This document shows positions 35,274 through 48,995 of a DNA stretch of 50,251 nt, one piece after another. How positions within the stretch are numbered: position 1 is the stretch's first letter; each line of letters begins with the position of its first letter. The stretch spans positions 91,536,463 to 91,586,713 of the forward strand of contig NC_068987.1 in assembly GCF_001194135.2 (NCBI RefSeq), read 5' to 3'. The position numbers and the translations under genes are program-made. This DNA comes from Octopus bimaculoides (Eukaryota). The notes beneath the pieces were generated by a model. It was not told the DNA's origin. It worked only from the letters and a program-made list of their open reading frames with translations, and ran no database searches.

Positions 35274-36966
35274 TCTATATGTGTTGTCAAAATGTCTGAC
35301 TTCATNNNNNNNNNNNNNNNNNNNNNNNNNNNNNNNNNNNNNNNNNNNNNNNNNNNNNNNNNNNNNNNNNNNNNNNNNNNNNNNNNNNNNNNNNNNNNNN
35401 NNNNNNNNNNNNNNNNNNNNNNNNNNNNNNNNNNNNNNNNNNNNNNNNNNNNNNNNNNNNNNNNNNNNNNNNNNNNNNNNNNNNNNNNNNNNNNNNNNNN
35501 NNNNNNNNNNNNNNNNNNNNNNNNNNNNNNNNNNNNNNNNNNNNNNNNNNNNNNNNNNNNNNNNNNNNNNNNNNNNNNNNNNNNNNNNNNNNNNNNNNNN
35601 NNNNNNNNNNNNNNNNNNNNNNNNNNNNNNNNNNNNNNNNNNNNNNNNNNNNNNNNNNNNNNNNNNNNNNNNNNNNNNNNNNNNNNNNNNNNNNNNNNNN
35701 NNNNNNNNNNNNNNNNNNNNNNNNNNNNNNNNNNNNNNNNNNNNNNNNNNNNNNNNNNNNNNNNNNNNNNNNNNNNNNNNNNNNNNNNNNNNNNNNNNNN
35801 NNNNNNNNNNNNNNNNNNNNNNNNNNNNNNNNNNNNNNNNNNNNNNNNNNNNNNNNNNNNNNNNNNNNNNNNNNNNNNNNNNNNNNNNNNNNNNNNNNNN
35901 NNNNNNNNNNNNNNNNNNNNNNNNNNNNNNNNNNNNNNNNNNNNNNNNNNNNNNNNNNNNNNNNNNNNNNNNNNNNNNNNNNNNNNNNNNNNNNNNNNNN
36001 NNNNNNNNNNNNNNNCACCACCACCACCACCACCACCTCCAATTTGAAATCCTAACGTAAATATGGACGAAATGCCGCTGAGCATAAAAATACAAGTTAG
36101 ATATGACAAGTTGAATATTCCGCAGATCCAGATTGTGCCATTGAATTATGGTAATTCTTGGGTCGAATCATCGTTGCACGATATATGCCAGGCTATTTGT
36201 AATTAGAGGTACACTTTGTCTGCGGTACACTGTATCCCTGTAACGGGCATCCAGTAATCTACGTTTTATAAATTCAATTCAAGAGGCACAAATCGCCCGA
36301 ATTTATGCGGAAACAAACTAGCTAACAGCAGATCTTAATAGCCCTACGGTCATACTTGCATCTCACGTTTATTATTTTACATATTTCTCTGCATTCACAC
36401 TTCCCACTTTTCTTCATTCTTCTTAGCTTTAGTTTCTCCAGCTACACATGGAGCATCGGAAACTTTCTCCTCCACCGTTCCTGTAGCAATTTGAATACGA
36501 AAGGCTAGGTTCCTAAGACATGCGTTCTATCAATCGTCCTTTCTCAACGGCGGTGGCCCGGGAATGGCTACGCTGGTTACCAATGCAGAGATTCAACGTA
36601 AATTTGGGTCGAGTACGTAATATTGGACAGGCCCCAATTTCAGGTACAAAACTGAACCTAAGAACTTATCAGACAGGGTCAACAAGTTCTGTAACATTAT
36701 CTGAGTTCATTGTCCGCTATTCATTCCGTCAAATCTATTTGCTATTCACAAGCTGTTCTACCTTCCCTTTTCTGTTCTCCTCCAAAACTTTACAGCTGGA
36801 GAATTTGGATGTGCTGTGCATAGACTTCGAAAGCAATATTTTAATTAATAATTTATAACTGTCTGCTGCACAGTTCACGCTAATCGAACATTTTATGCAT
36901 GTATGTATGTATGTATGTATGTATTATGTATCTGTGTGTATGTATAGATATGTGTGTGAATGTATC

Positions 36967-37010
<44 letters not shown>

Positions 37011-38048
37011 CGCATATGTTATATATAAGTGTGCGAGTGTGTATATGTGTTTATGATTATGAAATGCATAGGTGTTTGTAGGAATGTGTAAAAATGTATC
37101 TATATGTATGTGTGCAAATGTGTATAACTGAATATATGTATATACAAATATCCATTCTTACATTAAATTTGCATGTAAAAATACATTTCTCCAAGTAAAT
37201 CTATCATTGGAAACTATTAAAGCTTTGAGTTTATAGACGTTCTTTCTCAGTGTTTACAGTAAGAATTTAAGATTCGAATGCATACAAATACGAGACATAA
37301 ATATATATATATATATATANNNNNNNNNNNNNNNNNNNNNNNNNNNNNNNNNNNNNNNNNNNNNNNNNNNNNNNNNNNNNNNNNNNNNNNNNNNNNNNNN
37401 NNNNNNNNNNNNNNNNNNNNNNNNNNNNNNNNNNNNNNNNNNNNNNNNNNNNNNNNNNNNNNNNNNNNNNNNNNNNNNNNNNNNNNNNNNNNNNNNNNNN
37501 NNNNATATATATATATATATATAAGGGGTTTGTATGATAGTGTATAGAGGAATATATTATTTAAAAGAATTCCAACGTTGTCTGTTTATGTTTTATTTAT
37601 ATTCTTATAAAATTAATGTGGGATATAGAATATGGAATATATAGTATATATAGTAAAATGAAATAAAGTATTGAATGTCTTATTTAATAAATGAAATATT
37701 GAATATTAAATATTAAAGGACTTTCTTGCTTTCTAGCAGTCTTCAAGGTCCCATTTGACAGGAATGTTTCATGTCCGAAATGGTCGTGACCATTTGTACT
37801 TGACTGAAGAAAGAAAGTCAAGAATGACCTGTCTTTTTTTTGCCTGTCCTTCTAATTGTTGTTTCTCTTGTCTGCCTTTATGTCGTCTGTCTGTCCGAAC
37901 GTTTTAATGCCTTCTATTGTGTTTTTGTTCAGTGGTGGGGGAAAAACAGTACTCGAATAACGAAGGTGGATTACAGCTGCCCGACGAATGGGAGCATTTA
38001 ACTTTGAGTAACAGGTTTTCGTTATGCTTTTGCAGCTTTAATAATAAA

Positions 38049-38212
38049 GTAGTGGCTGTGTAGTAAGTAGCTTGCTTACCAACCAAATGGTTCTGGGTTC
38101 AGTCTTACTGTGTGGTACCTTGGGCAAGTGCCTTCTGCTATAGCTTCGGGGCGACCAAAGCCTTGAGAGTAGATTTGGTAGACGGAAACTGAAAGAAGCC
38201 CGTCCTATATAA

Positions 38213-38244
<32 letters not shown>

Positions 38245-38467
38245 TTGTGTGTGCCTGTGCATGTGTGTGTGTGTTCGTGTGTGTATGTCTGTTTTTGTCC
38301 CCCCACTGTCACTTGACAACCGATACTGGTGTGTTTAGGTCCCCGTAACCTAGCGGTTCGGCAAAAGAGGCTTACAAAGAATAAGTCCTGAGGTCAATTT
38401 GTTCGACTAAAAAAAAGGTGGTGCTTTAGCATGGCCGCAGTCAAGTGACTGAAAGAAATAAAGAATA
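38049..38467 (+). mobile_element. SINE family A, full length, sense orientation
   Basis: Head gtggctgtgtagtaagtagcttgcttaccaacc..gggttcagtc, core ggtagacggaaactgaaagaagcccgtc, internal (TA)(TG)n, tail gcatggccgcagtcaagtgactgaaa. Confidence 0.88.
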
Positions 38468-38868
38468 TTTCGGCCGATCTATAAACCTTCCAGCTATAAG
38501 CCCAAGGCCTGAAATTAGGTTTGAGAGGGTAACACGATGACATCGATCCTAGTGCTCAACTGGTTCTTATTTTTTGAACCCCCAAAAGGGGAAGAAACCC
38601 TTGATGAAATTTGAATTCAAAATCTAAAGTATACATCGAACCGAAGTGGTACTGAATACTTTCTGAAAATTACAGATCTATTATTCTTTAAGAAGAATAA
38701 TGTCGATTGTGATTTCGAAGTTTTGGCCTGCAGAGCTTTCATCGGACTCCTTCGAAGTCATTGTCACCACCACTCTTGATAAAAGATGATATAATATAAA
38801 TATGTGAATATTTGTATATATATGTATGTATGTATGTATGCATGTATGTATGTATGCATGTATGTATG

Positions 38869-38902
<34 letters not shown>

Positions 38903-39586
38903 TGTATGTATGTATATATTCTGTATGCATGTATGTATGTGTGTATATGTAGCTATAAATAAATAAATTTATTGAGAGAACAAAATACAAATATATATAT
39001 ATATATTGTGAATGTATGTGTCCACGAGAGATATATATATGTAATGTCTTTACCAAAGTCACTACCTCGTCCTGTCAATATTTTTATATTACCATATATG
39101 GAAGTTTGTTTGGATCACATTTGCAAGAAGAAGCTATTAGGCAATGTGCAACAGGTCAGTGGCGCCCTTTAGAACTTCTTAATGACAAACATTGAACCAA
39201 CACCCACCTCTTCTTCATCGCTCTTACCATTACCATCGCCAGCTATACACGAACAACAACCACAATAACTAACATTCTTAATTCATCCGCCTTCACTCTG
39301 TATGACGCCATCTTCTATATCTGTTGTGTTTGTTGACTGACCATTGTATGGCTGTTTACGTGAACAAAATTGCAGATAGCTCACAGCCAGCGATGAGAAG
39401 CTTTCAGTTTTTTGCTTTTTTTTTTTTTCACGTTGTTGATTTCGCTTGTATTGTTGTTGTTTTGAATTTTTGAGTTTTGTTTTTGTTGTAAATCCACTAC
39501 GGCAAAATCTCGCTTATAGTTTCATCAATCACGTAGTTATCACGCATGCATGCACAATGTTTCTACATGCATGACAGAGTTTTCAT

Positions 39587-39707
39587 ATCATTATTATTAT
39601 TATTATTATAATTATTATTATTATTATTGTCATTTTTATAACTACTACTCCTACTACTGCTACTACTACTGCTACTACTACTCCTACCACTGCTACTACT
39701 ACTACTG

Positions 39708-39767
<60 letters not shown>

Positions 39768-39790
39768 TCACTATCATCATTATTATTATT
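39587..39790. repeat. Compound (TAT)n/(TAC)n trinucleotide tract
   Basis: Direct reading. Source of the poly-Tyr/poly-Val pseudo-ORFs. Confidence 0.95.
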
Positions 39791-39911
39791 GTTATTCTTA
39801 TTTTACAAATATATACACTGAATTGTATTTTTTTTTATTCCGAGTTGGTGAGGTGCTTGTGCAGAGCAAGGCATGTTTAGAGCTTCTTAGAATATGTACG
39901 TTGGCACTTTT

Positions 39912-39944
<33 letters not shown>

Positions 39945-40134
39945 GCATCATGCAAGAAGAGCATTAATATGAGATGAAAAAAAAAAATATTATTCATTGT
40001 CAATAAGGAACTTTTTTCTCACTTTCAAAGCGTCGTCATCACTTGTTTAGAATCTTCTGTTTATTTCGTTTCCTACCATTTTATGTTGGCCTGTCAGATT
40101 ACATTTTATACAAGACACTGACTGTTGTTGTGGC

Positions 40135-40136
<2 letters not shown>

Positions 40137-40210
<74 letters not shown>

Positions 40211-40222
40211 GTTATTGTTATT
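40137..40222. repeat. (ATT)n microsatellite (another at about 41035-41120)
   Basis: Direct reading. Confidence 0.96.
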
Positions 40223-40599
40223 ATAGAAATGTGGCGAATATATACGAAAAGGTATACAGTATAACAACAATGTTTCTTACCACGCCTCTATGTATGCATG
40301 CATGTATGTATGTATGTATGTATGTATGTATGTATTACGTATGTATGCAGGTATGCATGTATGTATGTAGGTAGGAAGGTAGGTATGCATATAATTATGT
40401 AAACGTGTGTGTTTATGTCCAGTGATATTGGGCCCTTTACGTGCACACTGGCGCATATATGTCTGCATATAGGACTGTATGTGCATAATGTGCATATTTG
40501 TGTGTATACATATGTATGCATATGCACATACGTATATATCCACATACATATATATGCATATGTATCTATACATCTCTCTCTCTCTCTTTCTCTCTCTCT

Positions 40600-40642
<43 letters not shown>

Positions 40643-41037
40643 CATATATATCATATGTACTTCACTACAATACATTCTCAATTGACTATGCCTATTGGTC
40701 TTGTTAAGAGTACTTAATCAATTTCCTTTTAGCTTCCAGCTCAGTTTCTTCACTCTAATTCTCTAATTCTCGTATTTTCCTATTCTCTTTTGTTCTATTT
40801 CATTTTTGTTTTTTTATATATATATATTCGTCTTTTCTCAGAAGTTTCTCTAACTTGAAGAACAAATGAAATTACTTGAAACAGTAAAAATAGAGACCAC
40901 TTCCATAATCTGTCTATGTTAGCCCGTTACCAACTTTATATGTTCAGTTAAAATGTAAAGCCAATACCCCACCCCGTTAACCCACAGTTAGCATAACATT
41001 GTGTTCAATGGTTTGCACGAGTGAATTATGGTATTGC

Positions 41038-41113
<76 letters not shown>

Positions 41114-41689
41114 GTTATTGTTCTGTCTGATTATATTATATATACAGTGTTGTGAGAATCCCAGATGGATGTTTAAGTCGATAACCATGGAAGTAACGGT
41201 ATAGTTGTCAGTTCATATCTTAACTCTAACGTTCAGCTGCTGTCGTTGGTACGGTACATAGCTTTTTAAGAGACCTTCTATCTTTAAATATGGGCAATTG
41301 GTTGGAAACAAAACTACATCCTCTGTAAAGATGCGGCAATGAAGAAGTGACAACTATATTGTCGGTTTTTAGTGATGCATTCATTTCTTCCAAAAAACTT
41401 TACTACCCCGAGATTGAGCTGATGGAGTAACCTCTATGTCGTAGCTCAGCTGGAAATAGTTGTCGTAACTCCCTTAAATGAATCTCTTCTCCTAAATGCA
41501 TTTAAAGAAGATACATTGAAAAAGTAAAACCTGATATAATGGCGGTTCCAGTCTGGGTTGCCGCGGATGGAATATATTTATAGATAGGTCTTCTGAATAA
41601 AAATTAGCATGAAGCTTGAGCTTAATCATCAGTAACAGCATCTCCTTAGATCTGAAGGTATTCATATGTAAGAAAGATCCTCAGTTTCC

Positions 41690-42880
41690 CCTTGGTCCTC
41701 GGCTGCAGAGCAGTCAAAGGGACAAACTGTAGAAAAGCGAATCAGAAAAAAAAGCAACCAAACATGCTTTCTGTGGAAGAAACTCAGCACATGTCGAAGG
41801 CTCAGCATCTGTCCTCGTATTGTTAGCCATAGCAAGCTCCACGGATGTTGACAACAAACTAGAGCGCCTAATCAGTGGAAAGCGTTCCCTCAGCAGAAAG
41901 CCAAAATCAGGTGCTCCAGTCCAGCGATACATGAATTTGGGCAAAGTACAATGGTCAGGTGATAATATATAAAAGAGGCAGTAGAAACATTCAATGCCTC
42001 TTCCTGACCTTTCAAGGAAACTCATTTCTGGGTGAGATTGACCACTTTATTTGCTACCTTGTCCCGGAAATTCTTCATTTGGAGACCTGGACAGGCCCAG
42101 ACTCCAAGCAATTTAACCACTGCGTCCTTCCACAATTCCAGGGGTCGTTCTACAAGGCCTCTAACTCTTTTTAGTTGTTTCTTTTTCTATTGCACATTCC
42201 TTTGGAACTCAGAGGATCAAATTTATACATCTTGTGTCTGAGACTGTGGTAGTGACATCATCCATGTTTGCCGACTCGGCTCTCCCACATGCTAGTTTAT
42301 ATGGGAAGATCTTCAGCTCCTCTAGTATCCATACAAGTGTTTCAATAGTCAGTACATACAGGAAAGATGAGATGGGATCCTTTTGACGGAGCGAGTGTAT
42401 GATGTTGAATGGTTTCGATAGTTAACCATTCAGCATAAACACCGATGTTCCTGTGTATAATGTGGCAATGCAGCCACAGAAGATCGGGACCGAAACCGGC
42501 CGACGTGAGAAGCGTCGCAAATTTTTGGTGGTCAACCCTATCGAAAGCTTTTGGTACGTCTAATTTTATCAGGGTGCCATTGCAAACTGGTACTTTACCC
42601 AGCCTAACTGTTACGTATTGCATGAAGTGGGAGTTGTCAGGGGTAAGATCTGTTCAGGAAGGTAGATGTATTTGCATCACTTATTTGACCATCGACGGAA
42701 AGCGCTGTCCTCTTTGCTAATGTTATCATCATCATCGTCAACTGTCACGAGTTTTAGGGCTCATAGGATTTTTTGGCCGGTTTCTAGGACAAATTTGTGC
42801 CTGAGATCACAACATTCCCAAATTGGTAAAGCTTTCTTCACAACAACATTCCAAAACACTTACCAGTTCTAAAATGACGT
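41690..42880 (-). mobile_element. Tx1/L1-like non-LTR retrotransposon ORF2 fragment (RT domain and downstream region), pseudogenised
   Basis: Minus strand across frameshifts: DNSHFMQY..GTLIKLDVPKAFDRVDHQKFATLLTSAGFGP, a degenerate YADD (NMDDVT), GPDLQMKN..SLKG.E..N...AS.IYY.LT.V.CP and CCQHP. These are the LD..KAFDRV RT motif and Tx1-type downstream blocks. Confidence 0.82.
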
Positions 42881-42952
42881 CTCTCACTACTCAACAGAAC
42901 AAAGACACGAAAACAAAAAAACAACAACGACAACAACAACAACAATAATAAT

Positions 42953-43164
42953 AATCACTTCAAAGTTTTGGCACAAGGCCAGCAGCTTCAGGGACTGAGG
43001 CAAGTCGATTACATTGACCCCAGGACTCAACTGATATTTATTTTATCGACGCCGAAAGGTTGAAAAGTAAAGTTGACCTCAGCGACATTTGAACACGGAT
43101 CGTAAAGACGAATGAAATGCTATTAAACATTTTTTTCGATACATTAACCATTCTGGCAGCTCGC
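42953..43164 (-). mobile_element. SINE family B copy
   Basis: gcacaaggcc..gtcgattacattgacccc..tttatcgac.ccgaaagg.tgaaa.gtaaagttgacctc.gcg.catttgaac..ctggcagctcgc. Confidence 0.82.
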
Positions 43165-43796
43165 ACGCAGCATTGTTAGCAACAAGAACAGAAACATCAG
43201 CAACAATAATAATTTCTATGATAATCATAAGATTCCTCGAATATTATGAACTGTTTGGTGGAGTTCAGCTTCAATAAATTCATTTGTTTCTCTACTTATT
43301 TTCTGTTTCAGAGCTTACAATACTTTGTACACGTTGTGGAATTCATGTCGGGGGAAATTGATGAGCTGCTTCCATGTCGCAATGTATTTTCACTTTGCAG
43401 AATTTCTAACGTTTCATTGACTCTAGGAATTCTATCTTTTTCAAATGAATGTGTTTCTCTAAATTGGCTTTTGATGAAAGTTTTGCTCTCTCCGTTTTTA
43501 CTGAAAATATCAATATCATGCATATCTCTTACGTACATTCTATTGGTTGATCATTCACGTGCATTGAATGAATTTCTAACCACTGAGAGCGGAACAAGTC
43601 ACTCTATGCTGTGTATCCAGAAAAAAGGGAAATGTTTTAACATGAAATCTTTTTATATCGTCATCCATATCTTATAACTGTTACTTGTTTCAGTCACTAG
43701 ACTGCGGCCATGCTGGGGCACAGCTTTGGAGAATTTTTAGTTGAAAGTATCGACCTCGCAGTGGCGAGGGTAAAATATAGACACAAACACAGATGC

Positions 43797-43882
<86 letters not shown>
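43797..43882. repeat. (AAT)n microsatellite, about 28 units
   Basis: Direct reading. Confidence 0.98.
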
Positions 43883-43883
<1 letters not shown>

Positions 43884-44142
43884 GCTGATGTTCAAAAGAT
43901 AGTGCTCATGAGAACTGCCCATATCCTACGTAAAATACTGTCTATGTGATCTCAAATTTTAAAACAAACACATAATTTTCTTATGGTTTCTTAAACATTC
44001 TCTAGAACAACACTATGTACAAATCGAAATATATGGTACCCTAGGCATAACGCCTACATGAACTTCTAACTTGTTGTCTCTTGAGGTCAGTGGGTGTGAC
44101 TTGGATCCAACTTGTACAAATGCAAAGCAAAAGTCAAACATA
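43883..44142 (+). mobile_element. Extreme 3' end of an R4/Dong-like RLE LINE (last ~21 codons plus 3' UTR), flanked by (AAT)n on both sides
   Basis: ADVQKIVLMRTAHILRKILSM* (stop 43947-43949) matches the QK..L.GTAHILRK.L terminal motif of R4/Dong-type ORFs. (AAT)n resumes at 44143-44164. Confidence 0.72.
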
Positions 44143-44164
44143 AAATAATAATAATAATAATAAT

Positions 44165-45470
44165 CTGCATGATACCTCTGACCTTGGTACTCAGGAAAAT
44201 GAACCTGGGGTTCCAACTAAAGGAAAAATCCCAAACTATCAACTATCTCCTCTTCATGGATGATTTGAAACTGTATGGCAAAGATGAGACACAAGTGAGT
44301 TCCTTAGTGAACACGGCTCACTATTTCAGTTCTGATATCAGAATAGAATTTGGACTCAAGAAGTGCGGAGTAATTTACCTAAAAAGAGGCTGGGTACAGT
44401 CCCTATCAGGGATAGGATTACCGAACAGAAACCTCATTAAGCAAATTGAAACGAAAGGATACAAATACTTTGGTGTACTAGCGGGCAACGAGATAATGGA
44501 AAAGGAAATGAAAGAGCAACTGAGCATAGAGTATTCCCGAAGACTGGGGTTGGTGCTGCGCTGAAAATTGACTGGATGGAATATAATCCAAGGCATTAGT
44601 ACGTGAACGATAGCATCACTTTGGTATGGAGCGGGAATTATAAAATGGCAAAAGAGAGAAGTGAAGAAAATAGATACTAAGACCATAAAATTGTTGACAG
44701 TAAAAGGAAACTTCCACCTTAAGAGTAACACAGATAGGCTGTACTTGTCCAGAAGAAAGGATGCGATAGTTTTGATCAGTGGCCAGAAATTGTGGTGTAC
44801 GCCAGAACCGCATTGAAGCAGAGGAAAACAGCCTAGAGTGGTACATAAAAAATGCCAAGGAGCTACTGTTGAAACACACGAAGGCCGGTGTCATCAAAAC
44901 TGAAAATTGTGAAACAAAAACAAAAATCTAAACAAAAAGTGAGCAACAACAGCAACAACAAAAAATAAAAATAGAAAAAGCATGGAAGAAAAAATGTACG
45001 GTCAGTTTGTAAGAGATGTGAACATTAAGACAGATACGGAGCACAGGTGACTGGATGAGTAGGAGTGACCTAACGATAGAGACAGAAGCACTCATATATG
45101 CAACTCAGGAACGAAGAGTTAAAGACCAATTATATGAAGTGTCGAATTGACAACACTACCGAATGTACTGTGAGAGGGGCCAAACAGAATGACACATCGT
45201 TAGCGAATGCCTGAAATTGGCAACGACGCGAATACAAACGACGCCATGACAATGTGGCAAGAATGATCCTTTGGGAGCTCTGTGGAAATCACGGCCTACA
45301 AAGAAAAAAGCCCTAGAAGGAGTTACCGAAAATGAGAACTGGACAATCATGTGGGATGTAATGATCCAGTGCGATCGCCTGTCCAGAAATAGGAGACTGG
45401 ATATTGTTGTGGTGAGGAAAATAGAAAGAACATGTATGATTTTCTTGCATGACCGCAGTCGAATGTTTGA
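44165..45470 (+). mobile_element. R4/Dong-like RLE LINE fragment: RT C-half, thumb, CCHC knuckle, start of endonuclease; pseudogenised
   Basis: INYLLFMDDLKLYGK (44240-44282), DIRIEFGLKKC, YKYFGVL, DRLYLSRR, MYGQF, ETEALI.A.QE, a CCHC remnant (YCERG.TE*HIVSEC), KRRHDNVARMI, TIMWDVMIQCD and RLDIVVV (degenerate PD). Confidence 0.9.
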
Positions 45471-46192
45471 AAACAAGTAAATGATTAGAGATCTCAAGGA
45501 ATTTGATTCTTCTTAGTTTTACTTCCTATGGACGCACTATGTATGGACGCACTTGGACACATAGACACACACACACAGACTCATAAATAGTTTGTACAGA
45601 AATAAAATTTTCGATTTGAATTCAGTTTCGATATTCAGATATTAAAATTCGTTTGTTTTTTAAGACGAAATTTCCTTTTCTCAAAATTACCGAATCTTCC
45701 TTCAACGGAAATTTCAAATACATATCGAAAATAAGTTGTTTCTGAATTTCTATTGTTTTTATAGAAATTGCTATCCTATTTTCTTTTCTTTCTTCCCACG
45801 CTTATTTCACAGATTATTTTTCTCATTCTCTGTCTTCGAAATAAGATAAGACAAAATAATTGCTTATTATCTACGTAATGCTATCTTTTATAGAATTACA
45901 ATGGTTCCATACATAATAAATACACAACGAATGTATTTATCAGTGTATTACTAGGTTACCTATAACTTGCAGGTTGTGAGAGAGGTGAATGATAAATAAA
46001 TAAACAAATAACAACAGTTGTTATTTATTTGCACACAATGTGCAACGAAATCTCCTTTAAGCATCCACGTGTTGTTCTAGATATAGCAACCAAATCCACC
46101 AAAAACCACACTGTAGCGTGGAAGAAAACATTTTATATTGTAGTCCCGGAGACACATTCTCTCTGAAAAGCTAAAATGAATACACCCCTCCG

Positions 46193-46263
<71 letters not shown>

Positions 46264-46794
46264 TACAAAGCAACAGGATAATCACGCATAAAACATGTGG
46301 TGATAAGTCTTCTCAGCCAGCACTGATTGTCCTGCGGTTGAAAAATAATAACAGTAATAATAATAACAACAAAAATAACAGGTTCTGAGGTTTTCGGTAA
46401 AATTTACATTATTCTACAACTGTACAATGCCTACATCGAATCATTAATCCCAAGCAGCGTCTGTCTTATTCTCCACAAACTTACAAATACAAGTCATTTC
46501 CATAGATATTTGTTTCTTCAACTCAATTAATGTTTTTCTTTGTACTTTCTTCGTGTTACACACACAATTTAGCAGTTTATTATCCAGCAACGCTTACATC
46601 TCTTATAAAACGGATTGCCCTGCGCCAGCTATAAATTGTCCGTATTTAGCCGAAGGTAGTTTCAACAACTCTGAACTCTAGTGAAAGAGATAAGACCAAA
46701 ATTAGAAAATGAATTCCAGAGATTAATACATTTCTCACGAAAATATACCCCCAAAAAAGAAAGAAGACAAAACGATAGCATTATTGGATTGTTT

Positions 46795-46852
<58 letters not shown>

Positions 46853-46871
46853 GCTACTACTACTACTACTA
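46795..46871. repeat. (TAC)n microsatellite
   Basis: Direct reading. Confidence 0.97.
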
Positions 46872-47200
46872 GGTGTACAGGCCATGATAATTTACTGTGA
46901 TTTCTTTTTCATTAGGAACGGTCTACCCTATGCTAGTGGTTCACTGACAAACACCAACACAATTACCAACCAAATATTGTAGAATTTTACTGTCCCGCAC
47001 TCCTTGTTATTAATGGTTTCTGATTTCTATCGTGGGTCAGCGGTTTTGAGGGGAGAATAGATGCCGAAGCCATCGGTACCATATTTCCTCGCATTTATTT
47101 TCATCAACCAAGAAGTAACGAACCTAGCGGGCATAGCATGATATCTTGTGGCACTCGAAGAAAATTCTTCCCTATCAAAACATAGTGCGTCTACCTAGTG

Positions 47201-47231
<31 letters not shown>

Positions 47232-48063
47232 CATATATATGCACACACATACATACATACATACATGTATATATATGCACACACATACATGCATACGTAC
47301 ATACGTACGTACATACATGCGTACATTCATACGTACACACCTTTCGCTTTGTGAGTGAATGCCTTACTGACAGTCTGTATAAGCTTGGATTTTCAGAAAA
47401 GGAAATCAATCAAGTAACACACACATTACAAGTAAAAAAACATGCAAGACTTTCCAAGAGTTAAAAATTTGACGGCTGAATAATGGCTGTCCCTCACGAA
47501 CAGCCCCCCCCCCCAAGCCTAGTCAATGAGATGCCAGGCACTTTCGTCTGCGAACGTTCTATATGAAGCCTTTGAACAACAGGACAATCGCAGGAGAAAC
47601 CAATTTGCCTGAAGCCGGGGATGAATCCAAAAGCACACAGATGGAGAGCGAATATGTTGATCCCACTGTTGCATCTGTGACTTCACTCATAGGATAGACT
47701 TATGGGTGAGGTGCATTGCTGCCATTTTAGAAATTGAACTTAAAATCATGGACGCATGATATTAAATATTGTACATTGTAAGTTTACTTTGTTCATCCCA
47801 CTTATACCTCAACGTTATCATACGTACANNNNNNNNNNNNNNNNNNNNNNNNNNNNNNNNNNNNNNNNNNNNNNNNNNNNNNNNNNNNNNNNNNNNNNNN
47901 NNNNNNNNNNNNNNNNNNNNNNNNNNNNNNNNNNNNNNNNNNNNNNNNNNNNNNNNNNNNNNNNNNNNNNNNNNNNNNNNNNNNNNNNNNNNNNNNNNNN
48001 NNNNNNNNNNNNNNNNNNNNNNNNNNNNNTATATATATATTTATTGTCTGTGAATATATATTT

Positions 48064-48095
<32 letters not shown>

Positions 48096-48995
48096 GATTA
48101 GAAATAAATTGAAATGTGTACTTGACTGTCTATGTGTGTGTGTGTGTGTTGTGTATACAGCGAAACATTTTCTAAAAATCCTTGTACTCATTGATAGTTG
48201 AAATTCTTTTAGATTTATTGAGAAAATTTAATTATCACAGTCTGCATGAAGTCTAATTTAAAACTTGCTGTTAATTATCGTTGAGAGCTTTCAGCATTTA
48301 TTATCTCGATACTTCAATTCGTTTCTTATTCAATGTTTCGTAGAGTGTTTAGAGTGAGTTTGTGAGCGTGCAAGTGTGTATGCTGTGCTGTGTAGTGTGT
48401 GTTGTGTGTGAAAGTGATAAAGCGAGCGATAGTGTGCAGGAGAAGTAATGATAGAAGAACTAAATATACGAAGAAAGAAGTGTAGATAGGAAGAGTTGTA
48501 AAATATATGTTATAGTAAATACGTTATATAAGAAATTCTTGGTTCGTAATAGAATGTCGAATAAATGTCGGATTTTTGAGGGCATAGAGTTTAAGACGGA
48601 TTCTCTAAATATACGCACTATTAGGGTGAAGATAAACTCGTTGCCTCGGAGTACACACACGAGCACACATCCACACAAGCATACACATACATACAAGGAC
48701 ACATACGACCGTATCGTACATGCACACACATGCGCACTTATGAACATATACAAGAATATTTAATTTCAGAAACTTAAAGAGGCCTCGATATAAATGCAAG
48801 AGTTTATATATTTAGTAAGATGTTGGTCTCCCCACCATTATAGATACTTGGAGGTGCAGGCCAAGTGATTAAAGAATGAATGAAATTGAGGTGAGTGGTA
48901 GAAATTTTAGTGGTCCTTGGTGACATTGTTTCTTACTGTAAAAATGTCAGTTTGCTAACACACACATACATTATTCATTCGTAACATTACTGGAC

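Noticed and set aside
36520-36858. 112-aa ORF in unique-looking sequence
   Set aside because: No motif, no evidence of splicing, and the length is compatible with chance.
43246-43677. 143-aa + strand ORF and 76-aa minus-strand ORF
   Set aside because: The + ORF looks like the antisense shadow of an A-rich decayed retroelement (possibly a PLE N-terminus), but no diagnostic motif is present.
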